From a virus (Duplodnaviria > Caudoviricetes), in the IMG/VR virus record IMGVR_UViG_3300015370_001125, positions 1-42,624 of that record: DNA of 42,624 nt, one strand, 5' to 3'. Position 1 is the stretch's first letter, and each line of letters opens with the position of its first letter. This document shows, one piece after another, positions 37,834-42,624 of this stretch. A program made the position numbers and the translations under genes. The notes under the pieces were generated by a model that saw only the letters and a program-made list of their open reading frames with translations, was not told the origin of the DNA and ran no database searches.

Positions 37834-38422
37834 CTTTCTTTAATTCCCTAATAATTTTTTCCCAGTCTTCTTCAGAATTATGTAAATTATCAGAATGTCT
37901 AGCATGATTATCTGCGTCGAGACTTGTTGAAGTATTTGGAATAAATTCTTCTTGTTTTAATAGTAAGGTTTTATCATTTGGTTTTATTATCTCATCTTTA
38001 GAAGCAAAACCCTTGATTACCCCTGCCTTAAAGTCCTTGTCAATTAAAACAAGAATATAATAATCATATAGATCGCCTCTTTTGATATCTTTAGATTCTA
38101 ATAAAAGCCATTTGGCAAACGATTTTGAAGATTTTATTGAAATTTTCTTCTTATTTATTTCAATATCTGTTTCATCCCAAATTCCCCGGTCATACACTCC
38201 AAAATCCAAAGAAATACCTTTAATATTAAATGGGACTTGTTCCAAGAATTTTTTTACAATTACTTCTCCTATCTTTCCCCTAAGGGTGTCTTCTTTAATT
38301 TTTTTAATATCTCTCTGAAGAATTCCACCTGACCTATGTTCCCTTTGGCTTTTAGAAGAATCGTCTGCAAATTTATCACATTGTTGAAATTCTTTTTCTG
38401 TTAATTCAAATTTCCATTCCAT
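37823..38422 (-). CDS. Putative restriction endonuclease (PD-(D/E)XK-like)
   Basis: GKIGE...TD....KISIKS motif; co-oriented immediately downstream of the methyltransferase. Confidence 0.65.
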   Translation of the reverse strand: MEWKFELTEKEFQQCDKFADDSSKSQREHRSGGILQRDIKKIKEDTLRGKIGEVIVKKFLEQVPFNIKGISLDFGVYDRGIWDETDIEINKKKISIKSSKSFAKWLLLESKDIKRGDLYDYYILVLIDKDFKAGVIKGFASKDEIIKPNDKTLLLKQEEFIPNTSTSLDADNHARHSDNLHNSEEDWEKIIRELKKVKP

Positions 38423-38438
38423 TTGTTTTATAATATTT

Positions 38439-39539
38439 TTAGTTGCAAAGAAGTTGATCTTGTTCAGAAAACTGTTGGATGGAAAGTTGCGTAGTCATAG
38501 GAGCTCGAACTGAAACACTTTGTTTTCTTCCAAGATATTTTAAAACACCTTTTTTCTCTAAATGCCTTAAAACAGCTTCTGCAATAATTTTGGCTCCCAT
38601 TGGCGGAACAGCATTTCCTATCTGCCTTCTTATTTGGCCAATTGTTCCTTCAAATATAAAATTATCTGGAAATGATTGAAGTCTTGCTCTTTCTCTATTT
38701 GTCAGACTTCTTGGCTCTGAATAATGATATCCCCAAGTTCCCCCTCCACCATTTGCTATAATTGTAGTGGATGGCTTATCTGGATGCAATCTTTTATATA
38801 TCCCACTCATCAATCCCTTGACAGCAAGCTCTGGCGGAAGATCCTTAAAATTTCCTCCCGGAGGGATGGCTTTAAGCATTTTTATTGTTCTTGGTTGCAT
38901 ATTCTGCATATTATTATTATAAGGAACTTCTTCAACACCTTCTAATGCTTCTTTAGATGAGACATAATTTTCTTTTGTATGTGTGGGTTCAGGCCATTCA
39001 AAATCGCCATCTAAATCTTCTCTTATTCCAATAATAACAACCCTCTCTCTGATTTGAGGGACACCATATTCTGCAAATTTGATAAGTTTATAATGAACAT
39101 GATATCCTATTTTACTGAAGTCATCAATTATTCTTTTTATTGCATCACCTTTATTTGCGCTTAATAATCCTTTGACATTTTCAGCTACAAACATTATAGG
39201 CTTCTTCAGAGTGACGGCTTCAACAAATTTTGTATATAACAATCCTCTTTTTGTATCCAAACCATTTCTCTTACTTAATACAGAAAAATCCTGACATGGA
39301 AAACCGCCTAGGATCACATCGCATTTTGGCATATCATTTAAATCCTGATTCCAAATATCTGCGCAAACAACTTTTGTTTCAGGAAAGTTTTTTTTGTAAG
39401 TCTGGCAAGAAGATTCATCAAAATCGTTGGCCCAACTGGTATGGAATTTAATACTTGGATTTTCTGCCATTTCAAAACCCAAATCTAAACCGCCACATCC
39501 TGCAAATAATGATCCACAAGTTAAAACCTCTTTTTCCAT
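38439..39539 (-). CDS. DNA (cytosine-5) methyltransferase of a type II R-M system
   Basis: FAGCGG, GGFPCQDFS, ENV, QIRER, RERARLQSFP, GNAV. Confidence 0.95.
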   Translation of the reverse strand: MEKEVLTCGSLFAGCGGLDLGFEMAENPSIKFHTSWANDFDESSCQTYKKNFPETKVVCADIWNQDLNDMPKCDVILGGFPCQDFSVLSKRNGLDTKRGLLYTKFVEAVTLKKPIMFVAENVKGLLSANKGDAIKRIIDDFSKIGYHVHYKLIKFAEYGVPQIRERVVIIGIREDLDGDFEWPEPTHTKENYVSSKEALEGVEEVPYNNNMQNMQPRTIKMLKAIPPGGNFKDLPPELAVKGLMSGIYKRLHPDKPSTTIIANGGGGTWGYHYSEPRSLTNRERARLQSFPDNFIFEGTIGQIRRQIGNAVPPMGAKIIAEAVLRHLEKKGVLKYLGRKQSVSVRAPMTTQLSIQQFSEQDQLLCN

Positions 39540-39595
39540 CTTTTTTTACCTCTTATATACATACACACACGCACACACTATATAAATATTTTTGC

Positions 39596-39763
39596 TTATT
39601 CATTTTCTTGTTCTCTAATTTCCCACCCCATTTCTTGAAAAATCCCATATAAAAGAGATAATTGACCCTTCCCTTCCTCAGTCAAATCTCCTTTTTTCTT
39701 CAGCTCTAAACAATCTTTTATCTCTTTTTCAAGATATTCTTTTAATTCTTCTAAAGTCGCCAT
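39596..39763 (-). CDS. Small hypothetical protein (55 aa, not in the ORF track)
   Basis: MATLEELKEYLEKEIKDCLELKKKGDLTEEGKGQL...; GGAG SD. Confidence 0.6.
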   Translation of the reverse strand: MATLEELKEYLEKEIKDCLELKKKGDLTEEGKGQLSLLYGIFQEMGWEIREQENE

Positions 39764-39803
39764 TTTAATCTCCAAATATAAAGATAAGTTAATATATTTA
39801 TTT

Positions 39804-39983
39804 TTATTCTAAACTGCTTGACTCTCTAACTGGAAGATCTTTCAACACCTCAATGATTGTTGATACTCTGATAAAATCTCTCGGTTTTATCGCCTTCTCT
39901 TTGAGCAAGTCAATTATATTATTTAATTCAGATGAATCTATTTGAATATTTTTGAAGATCTCTTTCACTATCTTTTTTCTCAT
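39804..39983 (-). CDS. Small hypothetical protein (59 aa, not in the ORF track)
   Basis: MRKKIVKEIFKNIQIDSSELNN...; ATGA overlap with the upstream gene; GGAGG SD. Confidence 0.6.
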   Translation of the reverse strand: MRKKIVKEIFKNIQIDSSELNNIIDLLKEKAIKPRDFIRVSTIIEVLKDLPVRESSSLE

Positions 39984-40456
39984 TTTTGACGGCCTCCTTT
40001 CACTGATTCTTTAAAAACCTCTTCTAAAGCATCAAAAACAAGATGTCTGATTCTTCCGCCTCTTGCTCTGAAGATTTTACATCTCAATTCTCTCAGAAGT
40101 GATTTTCTATATTCAGACAAGCCGTTTTTTAAAGATTCTTTAAAGTCATTTGGCAGAGCTTCTTCTTTCATTCTTTTGGCTTTTAACATCAATCTTGCAG
40201 ATAAATAAATATAAATTTCAGCATAGTCATTATCGATTGGAGCATTCATTGTGGCAGGCATCAAATAAGCGACTATTTCTGCATCCCCTACCTGTTCATG
40301 ATCTTGAAGCTTCTTTTTTCCTGCGAGATTAATAGCTGCATTAATAGTTCTCTCCATAGAAACTTCATCAAGAATCCATTTGGGAATTGTATCAGCCCAA
40401 GAGGCGTCCCCGACCACAAGCAAATTGGTTTTTTTGGAGCCTCTTTTGGATGTCAT
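39980..40456 (-). CDS. Hypothetical protein
   Basis: 158-aa ORF in the integrase operon. Confidence 0.7.
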   Translation of the reverse strand: MTSKRGSKKTNLLVVGDASWADTIPKWILDEVSMERTINAAINLAGKKKLQDHEQVGDAEIVAYLMPATMNAPIDNDYAEIYIYLSARLMLKAKRMKEEALPNDFKESLKNGLSEYRKSLLRELRCKIFRARGGRIRHLVFDALEEVFKESVKGGRQK

Positions 40457-40459
40457 TTG

Positions 40460-40837
40460 TTACGTTTTAAGATAGGCAAGGGCATCATATAATGGCTTGC
40501 CGGTTGTTTGAAGAGGGAATACTTGAGTGGCTTTGCATCTTCCATCTAATTCATTTAATTTTTTTGCTAATTGAAATATGTCTAATTTTGAGAAGGCTTT
40601 GACACTTTCATTATATTTTTTCTTAGAAACGCCTATTGACTTAATCAAGTTTTCATCTCCTTCAAACTCACAAGGCCCTTTTTTAATATCCCTGAGATTT
40701 ATGCTTCCATCAACAATAATCCAATCCTGAGAGTCTTTATGTGAGCTTAGAATATCGCTTTTCATTAGAACAGTAATATGATCTTTCTTCATCCCCTTGC
40801 CTTTTGGGCTTACAGCTATTATCTCTCCTTTAGGCAT
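40460..40837 (-). CDS. Hypothetical protein
   Basis: Overlaps the integrase stop; GGAGG SD before ATG 40837. Confidence 0.65.
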   Translation of the reverse strand: MPKGEIIAVSPKGKGMKKDHITVLMKSDILSSHKDSQDWIIVDGSINLRDIKKGPCEFEGDENLIKSIGVSKKKYNESVKAFSKLDIFQLAKKLNELDGRCKATQVFPLQTTGKPLYDALAYLKT

Positions 40838-42359
40838 TTGGGACAACCTCCATCTGCGGATTTGCTTTTGACAGCATAATCTGCTTCAACTCTTCAATTC
40901 TCTGGTTATATTCTGTTTTCAATTCAAGCATCATCTGGGCCTGAGTTTGCCTCATATTTTCTTTTTCCTGATTGTGCTTTTCAACTAACTGCAATATCAT
41001 CTCATTCTCAGAATGACCCTTTAATTCTGCTTTGCTTATTCTTCCTTTATAGCCGACAACTTTTGTGTAATAATCAAGCCTTCTCATATCAGTCCATCCG
41101 CCCCTTAATCTTATTTTATCAGTAGAAACACCTGTTTCAAATCTGAAATAACAAGATCCCGAATGCCTTAAACTGTATCCAGTTATATTAGAAAAAGGCT
41201 TTCCACCCTTGCTCATCTTATTTCCAAATGTTGTGATGTATGCATTTTGAAGAGTTTTATTAAAAATTGTATAATTATAATGCGGGAATAATCTTTGTCC
41301 GGGCTTCAATTTATGCCTTTTTATATAAGCCTTTAATTTATCAACACATAAAACCAATTCAAATTTTCTTCCATACGTCTTTGCAATTTCATCTCTAACA
41401 TTCAACTCTACCACACCATCTTCATAAAAAGTTATATCATCAAGACAGATATTTGAAAATTCCAATGGGCTTCTTATAATTGAATCAAATATAAACAAGG
41501 TGACTGTCTGATCATCTTCACTGAGAGCTGGAAGAACTTCTTGTAATTCTTCATATGTTGTATAAACAAAAGTATTTTTCTTTGGAGATCTTGCAAGATA
41601 TTTCACAACATCTATAACATATCTTTTCTCTTTCAATGGTTTTTTCTTGCTTTTAGGGAGTTTGCTATTTTCAACTTCAACACGCTTATTTTCTTCATCA
41701 ATCTCTTCATTCTCTTCATCAATAACTCTAACATTCCAATTCCAGAAAGCTACAAAATCTCTGATAAAATCATCTACACTTTGAAAAGGTTGTCCTTTTT
41801 TAGTCTTGAATACCCCTTTTTTGAAATCTTCAAAGAAATGATGAATCTGCTTTCTATTGTCTAAATCCTCAAGATTCTTCTTATGGCGCTCTTCAATAAG
41901 TCTTGCAATCATCTTTAGATGATATGCCAAAGCAAGTATTCTCGCCTTTGATCTTGGGCCTTTTTTTGACTGTTTGGCGGTATTAAGCCCTTGCTCCATA
42001 TCACTCAAAAACCTCAGAATCATATTAGAATTGGCTTTGCTAATGCCACTAATGCCTTTTTTATTTCGTTCTTTCCAATTAGCATATAATTGATCTTTTT
42101 TCAAAGGATCAAACCTCTCCTTTTTATTATGTGGATCTGATACCATCATACAAACCTCAAAATCACTTCTTTTTGGTGCGCTTCCATTAATACTCTTAAT
42201 ACACCCATCCGTAATATTCTTTCGGTTCAATATGTTACTTTTTGTATCACTTTTGTCATCATTTGAACTAATTAAAGTGTTTTCCACTTCCAACGCATCA
42301 ACAGAAATAGTTTCTTTAGTTCTCTTAATTTTCTTGACTTGTTTAATTTGTTCTTTCAT
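40830..42359 (-). CDS. int: Tyrosine recombinase/integrase
   Basis: R (IIRSPLE), K (AKTYGR), YSLRHSG (HxxR position), GGW, YY nucleophile region. Confidence 0.9.
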   Translation of the reverse strand: MKEQIKQVKKIKRTKETISVDALEVENTLISSNDDKSDTKSNILNRKNITDGCIKSINGSAPKRSDFEVCMMVSDPHNKKERFDPLKKDQLYANWKERNKKGISGISKANSNMILRFLSDMEQGLNTAKQSKKGPRSKARILALAYHLKMIARLIEERHKKNLEDLDNRKQIHHFFEDFKKGVFKTKKGQPFQSVDDFIRDFVAFWNWNVRVIDEENEEIDEENKRVEVENSKLPKSKKKPLKEKRYVIDVVKYLARSPKKNTFVYTTYEELQEVLPALSEDDQTVTLFIFDSIIRSPLEFSNICLDDITFYEDGVVELNVRDEIAKTYGRKFELVLCVDKLKAYIKRHKLKPGQRLFPHYNYTIFNKTLQNAYITTFGNKMSKGGKPFSNITGYSLRHSGSCYFRFETGVSTDKIRLRGGWTDMRRLDYYTKVVGYKGRISKAELKGHSENEMILQLVEKHNQEKENMRQTQAQMMLELKTEYNQRIEELKQIMLSKANPQMEVVPNA

Positions 42360-42453
42360 TTTTGTGTTCTTTCGTTCAAAATAATTAATGCGACCTGCTT
42401 TATAAACTCATCTGTTCTTTCATTCAAGAACAAATGAACGAAACATTTAAATA
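42349..42453. promoter_or_regulatory. Divergent int/RHH promoter region with repeated TGTTCTTTCRTT operator-like boxes
   Basis: Boxes at 42349-42360, 42365-42379 and 42413-42427, plus an inverted degenerate copy at 42428-42445; TATA-like TTTATAAA (~42399) and TTTAAATA (42446). Confidence 0.6.
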
Positions 42454-42477
42454 GTGACGCCCCCTCCTAACTGTATA

Positions 42478-42624
42478 ATGGCAAAAAAGAGTGTAAAAAA
42501 AGAAGGGGATCGAAAAACAATCACTATAAGGAAGAGTACTCATAAAAAACTAATTCTCAGAAAAGCCAACGATGATTATAATAATCTTTCAGATTTAATC
42601 GAGGATTTGTTAAATAAAAAATGA
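42478..42624 (+). CDS. Ribbon-helix-helix regulator/antitoxin-like protein (48 aa, not in the ORF track)
   Basis: KTITIRKSTHKKL......NNLSDLIEDLL beta-helix-helix pattern; TATA box about 25 nt upstream. Confidence 0.75.
   Translation: MAKKSVKKEGDRKTITIRKSTHKKLILRKANDDYNNLSDLIEDLLNKK

Larger units (their letters stand above)
930..42624. mobile_element. Temperate archaeal head-tail virus/provirus (HK97-type capsid, non-contractile tail, tyrosine integrase); Fic at 1-852 may also belong to it
   Basis: Canonical TerS-TerL-portal-protease-MCP-neck-tail tube-chaperone-TMP-tail tip order; no sheath gene; integrase at the right end; tRNA 3'-end fragments at the left end; archaeal promoter and SD signals. 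Confidence 0.93.

Noticed and set aside
38439-39539. Assigning a recognition sequence to the R-M methyltransferase from its TRD
   Set aside because: Cannot be done reliably without a REBASE comparison.
42455-42470. Minus-strand GGAGGGGGCGTCA resembling array units (TGACGCCC is shared with 1007-1014), as a possible attL/attR duplicate
   Set aside because: Only an 8-bp match, with no T-loop or T-stem; too short to support.

Overview
This AT-rich window is an apparently near-complete temperate head-tail (HK97-fold, siphovirus-like) archaeal virus or provirus. The host is most likely a DPANN archaeon (Pacearchaeota/Woesearchaeota-like), inferred from TATA-box promoters, GGAGGTGA ribosome-binding sites, a PGF-pre-PGF surface glycoprotein, sequon-rich secreted proteins and the absence of an endolysin. 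Gene order: Fic; a GC-rich non-coding island; HTH/Rep-like and early genes; ParB and a C5-methyltransferase; TerS and TerL; a portal-gpF fusion; a 6.3-kb cassette of secreted or surface proteins; protease and major capsid protein; neck and tail genes (with a -1 frameshift chaperone and a very short tape measure); RusA; a surface-protein/regulator cargo block; a nuclease/restriction-modification island; a tyrosine integrase; and an RHH regulator. The most unusual signal is at 932-1059, where the minus strand reads as a tandem array of 4-6 different tRNA 3' ends (T-loop + T-stem + acceptor strand + discriminator). This may be a multi-target attP cassette or an ordered record of past integration sites. 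Other notable points are genome-wide CCWGG avoidance, a three-copy late-promoter motif, and signal-peptide-bearing fibre and adhesin genes inside the head module. All family calls come from motif recognition by eye; no database searches were run.
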